A stretch of DNA of 64,000 nt from Flavobacteriales bacterium (GCA_965661345.1 CBFIDK010000001.1:266543-330542); one strand, 5' to 3'. Shown: positions 51,090-61,529, counted from the first letter of the stretch. Numbers and translations are program-made. The notes: generated from the sequence alone by a model not told the origin.

Positions 51090-52637
51090 TTGAAATACGA
51101 ATTGCTAGTAGATTCTAGGCCTAACGAGGTCGTTATTGCTTTACTTCGTGATAAGCAATTATTAGAACTACACAAAGAACCAATAGGAACAAAATTCTCG
51201 GTTGGTGATGTTTTTTTAGCAAAAGTCAAAAAAATCATTACCGGTTTAAATGCTACTTTCGTTGACGTAGGTTACGAAAAAGACGGCTTTTTACATTACT
51301 TAGACTTAGGAATTAAGTTCAAAACCTTCCAGAAATTTACTGAAAGAAACATGGCGGGGAAGCTCAACACAGCTTCTCTGAGAAACTTTAAACACGAACC
51401 AGATATTGATAAATCGGGTTCTATCAACGATGTTCTTAATTCTGGAAACCAAATCCTCGTTCAAGTTGCCAAAGAACCAATTTCAACCAAAGGCCCTAGA
51501 CTAACGACTGAAATAACTATTGCTGGGCGTTACATGGTACTTGTACCATTCTCAAACAAAGTTTCAGTTTCACAAAAAATTGAATCTAACGAAGAGAAGA
51601 AAAGGCTTAAAAAGTTAGTTCAAAGCATAAAACCCGTGGGTTTTGGTGTAATCATTAGAACTGTTGCTCAAGGCAAGATGGTCGCAGAACTAGATGCAGA
51701 CCTAAAGTTTTTGTACAAAAAATGGCAGATAATGTGCAAACAGACAAAGAAGGTCAACCCTCCTGCCAAAGTGTTGGGTGAATTAGGAAGAACAGCCTCT
51801 TTGTTACGTGATGTATTAAACGATGACTTTATTTCAATATTGGTCAATGATGAAAAACTTCATTCTGAGATAAAAGATTATATCAGCACAATATCTCCAC
51901 AACAGGAAAAAATTGTCAGACTATACAAGGGTACTATTCCTCTATTTCAAAAGTTCCAGATTGAAAGACAGATAAAGTCATCGTTTGGAAAAACAGTAAC
52001 CATGCGTAAAAGCACATATCTTGTAATAGAACACACTGAAGCCATGCACGTTATTGATGTTAATAGCGGTAAGCGTGTAAACTCAAAGCAAGATCAAGAA
52101 GCAAATGCTCTTGAAGTTAATCTAATTGCTGCAGAAGAAGTAGCTAGACAATTGAGATTGAGAGATATGGGTGGTATTATCGTTGTTGATTTTATTGACA
52201 TGTATAATGGTGAAAACAGAAAAAAACTATACGATTCTCTTGTTAGTTTCATGTCTGACGACAAAGCTAAACATCATATCCTTCCACCTTCAAGATTTGG
52301 ATTAGTTGAAATTACCAGACAAAGGGTTAGGCCAGTTCTTGATATTGACACAAAAGAAGGTTGTCCTTCTTGTAAAGGAACTGGAAAAATTGAAGCTAGC
52401 ATTTTACTTATTGACGAAATAGGTCAAAAACTTATAAAAGCGATAAGCAAAAGCGATAATATCATTTTAAAGACACATCCGTTTGTAGCTAGCTACATAA
52501 ACAAAGGATGGTTCAAAAACCAAAGACGTACTTGGGCTAAAGATCTAGGCTGTAAACTAGCAGTCGAAGAAGATACTACCTATCACTTATTACAGTACAG
52601 ATTCTTTAATAATGAGCGAAAAGTAATTAACGTTTAG
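51090..52637 (+). CDS. Rne/Rng family ribonuclease (RNase G/E catalytic domain)
   Basis: S1 domain (NATFVDVGYEKDGFLH), QVAKEPISTKGPRLT, IDVNSG, LRDMGGIIVVDFIDM, TRQR, CPSCKGTG. Confidence 0.93.
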   Translation: MKYELLVDSRPNEVVIALLRDKQLLELHKEPIGTKFSVGDVFLAKVKKIITGLNATFVDVGYEKDGFLHYLDLGIKFKTFQKFTERNMAGKLNTASLRNFKHEPDIDKSGSINDVLNSGNQILVQVAKEPISTKGPRLTTEITIAGRYMVLVPFSNKVSVSQKIESNEEKKRLKKLVQSIKPVGFGVIIRTVAQGKMVAELDADLKFLYKKWQIMCKQTKKVNPPAKVLGELGRTASLLRDVLNDDFISILVNDEKLHSEIKDYISTISPQQEKIVRLYKGTIPLFQKFQIERQIKSSFGKTVTMRKSTYLVIEHTEAMHVIDVNSGKRVNSKQDQEANALEVNLIAAEEVARQLRLRDMGGIIVVDFIDMYNGENRKKLYDSLVSFMSDDKAKHHILPPSRFGLVEITRQRVRPVLDIDTKEGCPSCKGTGKIEASILLIDEIGQKLIKAISKSDNIILKTHPFVASYINKGWFKNQRRTWAKDLGCKLAVEEDTTYHLLQYRFFNNERKVINV

Positions 52638-53914
52638 GAAGAAATAATTTCCAAATCTTTTAACTTACGTCTGTTTTTCACTAGAGGGATAAGTGCAATC
52701 ACCAGGAATGCTGCGCCTACTAAGTAGCCATACCGAATATTTTCAGACGACACAAAAAATGGTGTCGAGAAAAGTATAATCATTAACGTTCGTATCAGAA
52801 TACTAATCGAGTTGAAAATACTTCCGCTTCTACCAATAATATTATTGGATACCTTTTCAAAAATATAAGTAATTCTAAGGATTCGAGTTCCAGCGTTGCA
52901 CAGCCCAATCAATAAGCTCATAGCAAATAGGATGGCTACACTCTTTGAAAAGGTAAGTAGTAGGCAAGTAATAATAGTTAGTATCATTAAAATAATAATA
53001 CTGGTTACGATGTCTGTTTTTTTAGTGATTGCACGAATTCCAAAGCCAGCGAACAAGGCTCCAATAGAATAATACACCTCAGAAGAAGCGTAAATATCAG
53101 CGCCTTCCTTTAAATAATAACTTACATAAGATGGAAGTAGCACAAAGATTTCTACAATTAAAAAAGTGAATATAGCATAGGAACAAACCCCAAAAATAAA
53201 TAGTAATGGATTCTCTTTAAGAAAAGAAAAGCCTTTATATAGACGGTTAAACATACTTCCTTTATCTATTTCTTTTTGAATGACTGGAACATGATTAATG
53301 AATAAAATAATTATGAATGCACACAAATATGTGAAAGCATCCATCAAGAATATTTCATGAATTTCCCAAGCTGTAAAACTAAAAGGTAATGGAATTTTTA
53401 AACCTAAAATATTGAGGGTTCCATCTGTTGAGCCAGTTAATAAAAAAGCGGCAAAGCCACCCGCTAAAATACTTGTAGATTGGCCTTGAATTTCTATATA
53501 AGCATTAAGTTTAGCATAATTTTTAGGCTCTGTTATTTCTTGACCAAAAGCATACAAATTTGGATAATGGATGTTGTAATGTAGCATAGTAGTGCCAAAT
53601 ACAGTAAGCGCCAAAATCCATGGCGTAGAGCCATTAACGATTCCATAAGAAGCTATAGACCCGATGATAATGGCACAAATTAAATTGGAAAAAAGAAATA
53701 ACTTTTTTCTAGAGTACCTGTCGATTAATGTCCCAGAATATATTCCCCAAAACAAGCTGAAAAAAGTAAGAATAGCATAGCCTTTAGCATACGTTCCGCT
53801 CATCCCCAAAATATCAGCAAAATACCAAGGGATAGCAATCATACTAATTCCTTGAGCGAAACCAGAAATAATATTTGCAAGAAATAATAAGCCTATTGCT
53901 TTTTTATTTTTCAT
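52634..53914 (-). CDS. MFS transporter (DHA3/H+ antiporter-like)
   Basis: About 12 TM; GTLIDRYSRK motif A variant; G.S.IA.PW. ATG 53914 preferred because the track start overlaps recX. Confidence 0.85.
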   Translation of the reverse strand: MKNKKAIGLLFLANIISGFAQGISMIAIPWYFADILGMSGTYAKGYAILTFFSLFWGIYSGTLIDRYSRKKLFLFSNLICAIIIGSIASYGIVNGSTPWILALTVFGTTMLHYNIHYPNLYAFGQEITEPKNYAKLNAYIEIQGQSTSILAGGFAAFLLTGSTDGTLNILGLKIPLPFSFTAWEIHEIFLMDAFTYLCAFIIILFINHVPVIQKEIDKGSMFNRLYKGFSFLKENPLLFIFGVCSYAIFTFLIVEIFVLLPSYVSYYLKEGADIYASSEVYYSIGALFAGFGIRAITKKTDIVTSIIILMILTIITCLLLTFSKSVAILFAMSLLIGLCNAGTRILRITYIFEKVSNNIIGRSGSIFNSISILIRTLMIILFSTPFFVSSENIRYGYLVGAAFLVIALIPLVKNRRKLKDLEIISS

Positions 53915-53920
53915 TGGGTA

Positions 53921-53937
53921 CAAAAATACTACCTTTG
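53921..53937. promoter_or_regulatory. Back-to-back divergent -7 elements for MFS (TATTTTTG, - strand 53921-53928) and recX (TACCTTTG, + strand 53930-53937)
   Basis: Both exact TAnnTTTG matches inside a 28-bp gap between divergent ATGs. Confidence 0.6.
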
Positions 53938-53942
53938 AAAGG

Positions 53943-54407
53943 ATGGGGGATAAAATATACGATATAAAAATTGCTAAAGAAAAAATCCAGATGTATTGCG
54001 CCATAATGGACCGTTGTCAATATCAAGTCATGACAAAACTCAAAAGTTATGGTTTAAGCACAGCATTATCTGAGGAAATTTTGATAGACCTTATCCAAAA
54101 TAAATTTATTGATGAAGAACGGTTTGCCAGAGCTTTTTGCAGTGGAAAATTCAAAATAAAAAAGTGGGGAAAACGAAAAATAGCCTTTGAGCTTTCTAAA
54201 TTAAAAGTGCCTAAAAGTTGTGTTTTTCTCGGAATGGATGAAATTGACGAGCAAGACTATCTTGATACCATTAGTCATTTAGCGGAGAAAAAAAACTCAA
54301 TGTTAAAGGATAAAAATACGTTCGTAAGAAAGAAAAAAGTAGTTGACTACCTTCTTAGAAAAGGGTTTGAGTCTGAACTTGTTTGGGAATGTGTAAACAA
54401 GCTTTAA
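53943..54407 (+). CDS. recX: RecX family regulatory protein
   Basis: YCA..DRC...V..KL, FIDEERFA.AF..GKF.IKKWGK.KI, K...YLLRKGFE. Confidence 0.88.
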   Translation: MGDKIYDIKIAKEKIQMYCAIMDRCQYQVMTKLKSYGLSTALSEEILIDLIQNKFIDEERFARAFCSGKFKIKKWGKRKIAFELSKLKVPKSCVFLGMDEIDEQDYLDTISHLAEKKNSMLKDKNTFVRKKKVVDYLLRKGFESELVWECVNKL

Positions 54408-54412
54408 AACGT

Positions 54413-54420
54413 TAAATTTG
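54413..54420 (+). promoter_or_regulatory. -7 element (TAAATTTG) 6 nt before prfB ATG
   Basis: Exact TAnnTTTG match. Confidence 0.55.
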
Positions 54421-54426
54421 TGACCG

Positions 54427-55515
54427 ATGGTTAATGAAGAACAAATAGAAAATATAAAACTCAGAATATCAGAATTAGAAGGCTTCTTGTCAATTTCTGA
54501 TAAAAAAAGCTTTGTTGAAGAACAGGAGTTACAGGCTCAAGCATCAGATTTTTGGGACGATCCAAAAAAAGCAGAACAGCATTTAAAGAATATTAATAAA
54601 CAAAAAGTATGGGTAACGGCTTTTGATAGTCTTCAAAAAAGCTACGACGACCTATATGTATTGTATGAGTTTTTTGTTGAAGGAGATGTAGAAGAGTCGG
54701 AAATGATTCAGCAATTTGAACAATGTCTGAAAAAATTAACCGATTTGGAGTTTAAGAACATGCTGAGTAAGGACGAAGACAATCTTCCTGCAATTATGAC
54801 GATTAACCCAGGGGCAGGCGGTACCGAAAGTCAAGATTGGGCTGAAATGCTCATGCGTATGTACATAATGTGGGGAGAGAAAAATAACTTTAAAGTCAAA
54901 GAATTAGATTTTCAATCTGGTGATGCTGCAGGTATAAAATCTGTGACATTACAATTTGAAGGCGACTTTGCTTTTGGAAACCTTAAAGGTGAAAATGGTG
55001 TTCATAGGTTGGTTCGTATTTCTCCATTTGATTCTAACGCAAAACGTCACACTTCTTTTTCTTCCGTTTTTGTATATCCATTAGCCGATGAATCTATTGA
55101 AATTGATATTAATCCTGCTGATATCAGTTGGGATACTTTTAGAGCAGGTGGCGCAGGTGGTCAAGGCGTTAATAAAATTGAGACCGCTGTAAGATTAAAA
55201 CACGCTCCAACAGGAATTGTCATTGAAAATTCGGAAACCCGTTCGCAACTTGAAAATAAAGAAAAAGCGCTTCAGCTTTTAAAATCTCAATTGTATGAAA
55301 TAGAGCTTCGAAAAAGACAAGTTGAAAAAGATAAAATTGAAGGAACAAAGAAAAAAATTGAGTGGGGCTCACAGATAAGAAACTATGTCTTGCACCCCTA
55401 CAAAATGGTAAAAGATTTACGAACAGAGTACGAAACTTCAAATACCCAGGCTGTACTCGACGGTGAAATCAATGATTTTATAAAAGCGTATTTAATGGAA
55501 TTTGGTCAAAACTAA
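54427..55515 (+). CDS. prfB: Peptide chain release factor 2, single uninterrupted ORF with no programmed frameshift
   Basis: [28 protein letters not shown] (SPF anticodon mimic), GAGGQG (GGQ), WGSQIRNYV. Confidence 0.96.
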   Translation: MVNEEQIENIKLRISELEGFLSISDKKSFVEEQELQAQASDFWDDPKKAEQHLKNINKQKVWVTAFDSLQKSYDDLYVLYEFFVEGDVEESEMIQQFEQCLKKLTDLEFKNMLSKDEDNLPAIMTINPGAGGTESQDWAEMLMRMYIMWGEKNNFKVKELDFQSGDAAGIKSVTLQFEGDFAFGNLKGENGVHRLVRISPFDSNAKRHTSFSSVFVYPLADESIEIDINPADISWDTFRAGGAGGQGVNKIETAVRLKHAPTGIVIENSETRSQLENKEKALQLLKSQLYEIELRKRQVEKDKIEGTKKKIEWGSQIRNYVLHPYKMVKDLRTEYETSNTQAVLDGEINDFIKAYLMEFGQN

Positions 55516-55519
55516 TACT

Positions 55520-55864
55520 ATGGAAATAACAATTTATCACAACCCGAGGTGCAGTAAAAGCAGACAAGCATTAAATATATTAGAGGGTAAAGGATGTAAT
55601 ATTAATATTATAGAATATTTAAAAACCCCCTTGACTTCTGCACAATTAACACAGATTATAGAAGATTTAAATATAAAACCCATCGATTTAGTTCGTAAAA
55701 ACGAATCGGTATGGAAAGAAAATTATAAAGGAAAAGAGTTAAGTGATAGTGAATTGATAAGTGCAATGATTAATAATCCAAAGCTTATCGAACGACCAAT
55801 AGCAGCGAGCAGTAAGGGAACGGTAATCGGAAGACCACCAGAAAATGTGTTGAATGTATTGTAA
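55520..55864 (+). CDS. ArsC/Spx/MgsR (glutaredoxin-type arsenate reductase) family protein
   Basis: IYHNPRCSKSR, YLK.PL, LIERPI, IGRP; ATG 55520. Confidence 0.9.
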   Translation: MEITIYHNPRCSKSRQALNILEGKGCNINIIEYLKTPLTSAQLTQIIEDLNIKPIDLVRKNESVWKENYKGKELSDSELISAMINNPKLIERPIAASSKGTVIGRPPENVLNVL

Positions 55865-55866
55865 GA

Positions 55867-56013
55867 CTATTCTAGTTCTTCAACTAAGTCTTTATTTTTG
55901 TAAGACTCAATGAACCAAGCGCCAATCCAATAAGGTAAAAAGCTAACAATGAAAGTAAGCAACCAGAACGCCATAACTGCGATAACTATAAAGAGTAAAA
56001 AACCAATAAACAT
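55867..56013 (-). CDS. Putative 48-aa small membrane protein (not in ORF track)
   Basis: MFIGFLLFIVIAVMAFWLLTFIVSFLPYWIGAWFIESYKNKDLVEELE-stop; fills the arsC-fumC gap; -7 element TACTTTTG at 56040-56047 (- strand). Confidence 0.65.
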   Translation of the reverse strand: MFIGFLLFIVIAVMAFWLLTFIVSFLPYWIGAWFIESYKNKDLVEELE

Positions 56014-56029
56014 ATCTTATATTTTGAAT

Positions 56030-56047
56030 TAACTTTGTACAAAAGTA
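56030..56047. promoter_or_regulatory. Overlapping divergent -7 elements: fumC (TAACTTTG, + 56030-56037) and small ORF (TACTTTTG, - 56040-56047)
   Basis: Both exact TAnnTTTG matches, arranged face to face. Confidence 0.55.
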
Positions 56048-56073
56048 AGTGTTAATTATCTAATAAAAAAATC

Positions 56074-57471
56074 ATGAGCTATAGAATTGAAAAAGACACA
56101 ATGGGAGAAGTAAAAGTGCCATCAGACAAGTATTGGGGTGCTCAAACTGAACGATCAAGAAACAATTTTAAAATAGGTCAAGCTTCAAGCATGCCTCTAG
56201 AGGTGATTTATGGATTTGCTTACTTGAAAAAGGCAGCAGCACATGCAAACTGTGAACTAGGCGTACTTTCAACTGAGAAAAGAGATTTGATTTCTAACGT
56301 TTGCGATGAAATTCTTGAAGGACAACATGATAATCAATTCCCACTTGTAATATGGCAAACAGGCTCAGGTACTCAGTCAAACATGAATACCAATGAAGTC
56401 ATCGCCAATAGGGCACATGTAATTAATGGAGGAAGTCTTGATGATACTGAAAAATGTATTCACCCAAATGATGATGTAAACAAATCACAATCTTCTAACG
56501 ATACCTTTCCTACAGGAATGCACATTGCAGCATATAAAATGATTGTTGAAACAAGCATTCCAGCAATAGAGTTGTTAAGAAATACATTAGCAAAGAAGTC
56601 TGATGATTTTAAGAAGGTTGTAAAAATTGGCAGAACACACCTAATGGACGCTACTCCATTGACTCTTGGGCAAGAGTTTTCTGGATACGTCTCTCAATTA
56701 GATCATGGTCTGAAAGCCCTTACAAATACTCTAAATCATTTGTCTGAACTTGCTCTTGGCGGAACTGCTGTGGGGACAGGCATTAATACGCCAGACGGCT
56801 ACGCCGATTTAGTTGCAAAAAAAATTGCTGAGTTTACCAACTTACCTTTCGTAAGTGCTGAAAATAAGTTTGAAGCCTTAGCGGCTCACGATGCTATTGT
56901 TGAATCGCATGGTGCCTTAAAACAAATAGCAGTTTCTTTAAATAAAATTGCGAATGATATAAGATTATTAGCCTCGGGTCCTAGAAGTGGTATAGGTGAA
57001 ATAATCATACCGTCAAATGAGCCTGGCTCTTCAATAATGCCTGGAAAAGTTAACCCAACCCAATGTGAAGCTTTAACAATGGTTTGTGCTCAGGTCATTG
57101 GAAACGATGTCGCAATTGCAGTCGGAGGACTACAAGGGCATTATGAACTTAATGTATTCAAACCCATGATGGCGGCGAATATTTTGCAGTCAGCAAGACT
57201 TATTGCAGATGCCTGTGTGTCGTTTACTAATAACTGCGCGCTAGGAATTGAGCCGAATCATCAGAATTTAAAGAAAAACTTAGACAATTCATTGATGTTA
57301 GTTACTGCTTTAAACACCAAAATTGGATATGAAAAAGCAGCTAAAATAGCCAAGACGGCTCATGAAAATGGAACTACATTAAAAGATGAGGCCGTTAATT
57401 TAGGGTATCTTACTGCTGAAGAGTTTGACCAATGGGTTAGGCCTGAAGATATGTGTGGTAGCTTAAAATAA
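56074..57471 (+). CDS. fumC: Class II fumarate hydratase
   Basis: [46 protein letters not shown]. Confidence 0.97.
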   Translation: MSYRIEKDTMGEVKVPSDKYWGAQTERSRNNFKIGQASSMPLEVIYGFAYLKKAAAHANCELGVLSTEKRDLISNVCDEILEGQHDNQFPLVIWQTGSGTQSNMNTNEVIANRAHVINGGSLDDTEKCIHPNDDVNKSQSSNDTFPTGMHIAAYKMIVETSIPAIELLRNTLAKKSDDFKKVVKIGRTHLMDATPLTLGQEFSGYVSQLDHGLKALTNTLNHLSELALGGTAVGTGINTPDGYADLVAKKIAEFTNLPFVSAENKFEALAAHDAIVESHGALKQIAVSLNKIANDIRLLASGPRSGIGEIIIPSNEPGSSIMPGKVNPTQCEALTMVCAQVIGNDVAIAVGGLQGHYELNVFKPMMAANILQSARLIADACVSFTNNCALGIEPNHQNLKKNLDNSLMLVTALNTKIGYEKAAKIAKTAHENGTTLKDEAVNLGYLTAEEFDQWVRPEDMCGSLK

Positions 57472-57472
57472 C

Positions 57473-58561
57473 TTAGACGTAATCTTCGCCTTTTGTGCGT
57501 TTTACATCACTGACAAACTGCTTGATTTCTTGCTCGTTTTCTTTTTTACAGATTAAAAGCGTATTATCATTATCAATGACGATATAATTTTCTAAGCCCT
57601 CTATTACTATGACCTTATCATTAGGAGCATTAATGATATTGTTCTGAGAATTATAAAGCATAACTCCGTCACCAATGACTCCATTGTTATTTTCATCTAA
57701 TTTCAAATGAGTGCATAAAGACCCCCAAGTACCTAAATCGCTCCAGCCAAAACCTGAAGGGTATACACAAACATTCTCGGCCTTTTCCATTAGACCATAA
57801 TCAATAGAAATATTTTTACAACCAGGAAAAACCCTATTGATGAATTCTACTTCTTCATCCGTATTTAAGTATTCAACTCCATCTTGAAAAATGTCATATA
57901 AATCTCTCAGGTGCTTTCTCAGTGCAAGGATTATTGCTTTTGCACTCCAAATAAAAATACCTGAGTTCCATAAGAAATCACCACTTTCAAGAAATTGATT
58001 AGCAAGTTCTAGGTCTGGCTTTTCCGTAAATGTTTTTACGGGATGAATATGTTGGTTGAATTCTGTTTTTTCTTCGTTGAATTGAATATATCCATAGCCA
58101 GTATCTGGTCTGGATGGTTTAATGCCAAGTGTCAATAAATAGTTGTTTTTTGAACACACATCAAAACAGTCGGTTACAATTCTTGTAAATTCATTTTCAT
58201 TTGTGATGAGGTGATCTGAAGGAGCAACAATTATATTGGCATGAGGGTTAATTTTATTAATTTTAAAAGAGGCATATGCGATACATGGCGCCGTATTTCT
58301 CATGGCGGGTTCACACAAAATATTACTTTCTTTGATGTCTTTTAATTGCTCAATACAGAGGTTTTTGTAATTGACATTTGTCACTACAATAATGTTTTCT
58401 GAAGGACAAAAGTTACTTAATCGCCTAAATGTTTGTTGAATAAGGGTTTCGCCTGTTCCTAGTATATCTAAAAATTGCTTAGGAAATGTACTTCGACTCA
58501 TAGGCCAAAATCTTGAGCCTATACCTCCTGCCATTATAATAGCAAAATTGTTAGTATTCAT
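57473..58561 (-). CDS. manC: Mannose-1-phosphate guanylyltransferase
   Basis: IMAGGIGSRFWPMSR...PKQFL, EPAMRNTAPCI, PSDH, GYGYI, FTEKP, WNSGIF, WSDLGTW. Confidence 0.93.
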   Translation of the reverse strand: MNTNNFAIIMAGGIGSRFWPMSRSTFPKQFLDILGTGETLIQQTFRRLSNFCPSENIIVVTNVNYKNLCIEQLKDIKESNILCEPAMRNTAPCIAYASFKINKINPHANIIVAPSDHLITNENEFTRIVTDCFDVCSKNNYLLTLGIKPSRPDTGYGYIQFNEEKTEFNQHIHPVKTFTEKPDLELANQFLESGDFLWNSGIFIWSAKAIILALRKHLRDLYDIFQDGVEYLNTDEEVEFINRVFPGCKNISIDYGLMEKAENVCVYPSGFGWSDLGTWGSLCTHLKLDENNNGVIGDGVMLYNSQNNIINAPNDKVIVIEGLENYIVIDNDNTLLICKKENEQEIKQFVSDVKRTKGEDYV

Positions 58562-58595
58562 ATGCTTATGAAGTTTGAGTTGTAAAAATACGAAA

Positions 58596-59171
58596 TCAAA
58601 TTTTAACCTCCGCTAAAGGGTTAAATAGGTATCTTTTGTTTGTTGAAAGGCATTTGCACTGATACCTTTTTTTTAATTGTTTTTCTTTTAGATATTTTTT
58701 TCCGTTTGTAGTTTCAAAAATACTTCCATCAGGAATATCAGAAATAGTTAGTATGCTTCTATCATCAAATTGTCTTAGAGCTCTCACAAGTTCTACATCA
58801 GAACTCGTTGATGCTTTAGGGTTTTTCAAATAAAGTGCTAAATGTTTTTGTATGACTTCAGGAAAGATTGGCAGAAAAGGAATCATCAGTTTCTGAAAAG
58901 TAATTTTCCATTCTTTGCCATGTGGCGCTACTCTTGGTGAATATTCTTCTTTTACAACCATATGAGCAATTTCGTGTGTTAGGGTAATGAGAAAAGAATA
59001 TGGATTTAAATCATCATTTATTGAAATCTGGTGTTGCCCATTGAAATAGCGGTAATCTCCTAATTTGGTACTCCTTGATTTTTTTATGGATAGTTGGCAG
59101 TTGTAATCTATTAACCATTTTTCAATAGTTCCGATTGAATCTTTTGGAAGAAATAAATCGAGATTTTGCAT
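58596..59171 (-). CDS. SprT-like zinc metalloprotease domain protein
   Basis: R.TKLGDYR, NPYSFLITLTHEIAH (HExxH), PHGKEWK, NPKAS; TAATG overlap with feoB stop. Confidence 0.85.
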   Translation of the reverse strand: MQNLDLFLPKDSIGTIEKWLIDYNCQLSIKKSRSTKLGDYRYFNGQHQISINDDLNPYSFLITLTHEIAHMVVKEEYSPRVAPHGKEWKITFQKLMIPFLPIFPEVIQKHLALYLKNPKASTSSDVELVRALRQFDDRSILTISDIPDGSIFETTNGKKYLKEKQLKKRYQCKCLSTNKRYLFNPLAEVKI

Positions 59172-61282
59172 TAACTCAGTATTTGGTATGCGGCAAAACT
59201 AGCGAGATAAGCCAAAAGACTCATATATATAAATTGGATGACTGGCCATTTCCAACTGTTTGTTTCTCTAAAAACAATAGCTAATGTACTCATGCATTGC
59301 ATCGCAAAGGCATAGAAGAGCATGAGTGATAGTGCTACCGCAGGGGTAAAAAATGCTTCTCCAGTTTTGGGATTTTTGTGAGACATCAACTTCTCTCTTA
59401 TCGACTTCGTATTATCTGCATCGCCAACACTATAAATTGTAGACATTGTGCCTACAAACACCTCTCGTGCGGCAAAGGATGTTATAAGTGATATGCCAAT
59501 TCGCCAATCGAATCCAAGCGGTCTGATTACGGGCTCTATACTTTTTCCAATGATTCCAGCGTATGAAGCCTCTAGCTTTTCACTTGCAATTTGTACTTCA
59601 GCATCTTCTGCATATTTATACTTTTCTTCTATTTTTTGGAATGTATCAGAAGGGCCGTAAGATGATAGTCCCCAAAGAATTATTGAAATTGCTACAATTA
59701 TTTTTCCGGCATCAATTAAAAACACTTTAACTTTTTCAAAAATCGTTAAGCCAACTGTTTTCCAGTCAGGCACTTTATATGTTGGCATTTCCATTACAAA
59801 ATACCCCCTTTCCTTCGACTTTAGAATATACTTCATTACCCAAGCAATAGATATTGCTGAAACAAAGCCAATAAGATAAAAACCCATCATTGTTAGACCT
59901 TGAAGGTTAAATATCAGCCATTTTTGTTCAGCAGGAATCATCATGGATATAAGCAAGGTGTAAACAGGAAGTCTTGCGGCGCAACTCACCAGAGGAACGA
60001 CCATAATAGTTATAATTCTTTCTTTCCAGTTGGGAATGGTTCGCGCTGACATTACCGCAGGTATTGCACAAGCAGCACCACTCAATAATGGAATTAATGA
60101 ACGCCCACTAAGTCCGAAACCTCTAAGTAATCTATCTGTTATGAAACTTACCCTTGACATGTAGCCCGTGTCTTCCAAAATGGCAATAAAGGCAAAAAGA
60201 AATGCAATCTGTGGAATGAAAATAACAATACCGCCAAGACCTGCAATTATGCCATCAACAATTAGGCTATTAAGCACACCTTCAGGCAATGTATTTCCAA
60301 CAAATTGTGAAAGCTGTGCAAATCCATTATCAATTAGCTCCATAGGGTATTCTGACCACGAGAATACGGCCTGAAAAATCAAAAATAAAACGGATAAGAA
60401 AATCCCAAAACCTAAGACAGGATGCGTAAGGATATTATCAAGCTTTTGAGTAAGGCTATTGTTTTTACTGAACTCAGGGTATTTAACACACAACTCAATG
60501 AGTTTGTCAATGGCTTTGTACCTTCTTACAGTTTCTGTAGCCTGAGACCTTTTTGGATTAAAATTTAACTCTTTGGTGAGTTTTTCAAAACGTGCTTTTT
60601 CTGTGTCTGAAAATCCAGTAATGGCTTTGTAATTACAAGCAATTTGAAAGGCGTTGTAGTCGCTATTGATTGTAAATTCATTTTGGATAGTATCAATTAG
60701 CTCTGGCGCAAGATTTTTTATATCAACGAAATTGTTTGGCGCTTTGAAGTCATTAATAACTTGAATGATTTCTTGCTTGAGATTTCCAATACCCATTTTT
60801 TTACGAGCATTTATTGGAACTACAGGAATTCCAAGCTTTTTGCTTAATAATTCTATATCAATTTCTACACCGTCTGCTGTTGTCAAATCAGTCATGCTTA
60901 ATGCTAAAATACAAGGCGTATTAAGATCAATAACTTGTGTAGCCAAACATAAAGAACGTTTAAGATTTGATGCGTCAGCAATAATTATATTGACGTTAGG
61001 ATGGTGCTCGTTTTTTGAGTCACAAAGTATTTTGAAGCTGACGCTTTCATCAACTGATTTTGGATATAAACTATAAGTTCCAGGTAAATCAATAAACTCA
61101 GTGTCGACCTTGTTTTTACTTGCTAATTGTGAGATTTGACACGCTCCAACTTTTTTCTCTACTGTAATTCCGGGGAAATTAGCGACTTTCTGATTTAAGC
61201 CTGTGAGGGCATTGAATAAAGTCGTTTTTCCACTATTTGGATTTCCAACTAAGGCAACTTTAATTTTTTGAGGAAATGTCAA
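59171..61282 (-). CDS. feoB: Ferrous iron transporter FeoB
   Basis: GNPNSGKTTLFNALTG, NFPGITVEK, DLPGTYSL; Gate motifs G.ACAIPA.M, SC.ARLPVY, AAREVFV, MQC.ST. Confidence 0.96.
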   Translation of the reverse strand: MTFPQKIKVALVGNPNSGKTTLFNALTGLNQKVANFPGITVEKKVGACQISQLASKNKVDTEFIDLPGTYSLYPKSVDESVSFKILCDSKNEHHPNVNIIIADASNLKRSLCLATQVIDLNTPCILALSMTDLTTADGVEIDIELLSKKLGIPVVPINARKKMGIGNLKQEIIQVINDFKAPNNFVDIKNLAPELIDTIQNEFTINSDYNAFQIACNYKAITGFSDTEKARFEKLTKELNFNPKRSQATETVRRYKAIDKLIELCVKYPEFSKNNSLTQKLDNILTHPVLGFGIFLSVLFLIFQAVFSWSEYPMELIDNGFAQLSQFVGNTLPEGVLNSLIVDGIIAGLGGIVIFIPQIAFLFAFIAILEDTGYMSRVSFITDRLLRGFGLSGRSLIPLLSGAACAIPAVMSARTIPNWKERIITIMVVPLVSCAARLPVYTLLISMMIPAEQKWLIFNLQGLTMMGFYLIGFVSAISIAWVMKYILKSKERGYFVMEMPTYKVPDWKTVGLTIFEKVKVFLIDAGKIIVAISIILWGLSSYGPSDTFQKIEEKYKYAEDAEVQIASEKLEASYAGIIGKSIEPVIRPLGFDWRIGISLITSFAAREVFVGTMSTIYSVGDADNTKSIREKLMSHKNPKTGEAFFTPAVALSLMLFYAFAMQCMSTLAIVFRETNSWKWPVIQFIYMSLLAYLASFAAYQILS

Positions 61283-61285
61283 CGA

Positions 61286-61513
61286 CTACTTGATTTCGTT
61301 TACAAAGATAGTTTCGGCTTCTGATTTCCTCATGCTCAATAAATAGCCAGATATAGATACTGCTATGGGATCACCTAATGGTGCTTTGCGTTCAATGTAA
61401 ATTCGCTCACCTGGAAGACATCCCATTTCCATGAGTTTTAAGGCAAGTTCCTTATCAGAAAAAGAATCTATTACAGCCTTCTTTCCAAGTTTTAAATCAC
61501 TTAGGTTTTTCAT
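61286..61513 (-). CDS. feoA: Ferrous iron transport protein FeoA
   Basis: KLMEMG.LPG, APLGDPI, LSMRKSEA. Confidence 0.95.
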   Translation of the reverse strand: MKNLSDLKLGKKAVIDSFSDKELALKLMEMGCLPGERIYIERKAPLGDPIAVSISGYLLSMRKSEAETIFVNEIK

Positions 61514-61529
61514 GCTGCTAAGTTACTTA

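Noticed and set aside
55520-55864. ArsC-like gene as evidence of an arsenic-resistance operon
   Set aside because: No arsR/arsB/acr3 nearby; this family commonly occurs alone as a housekeeping gene.
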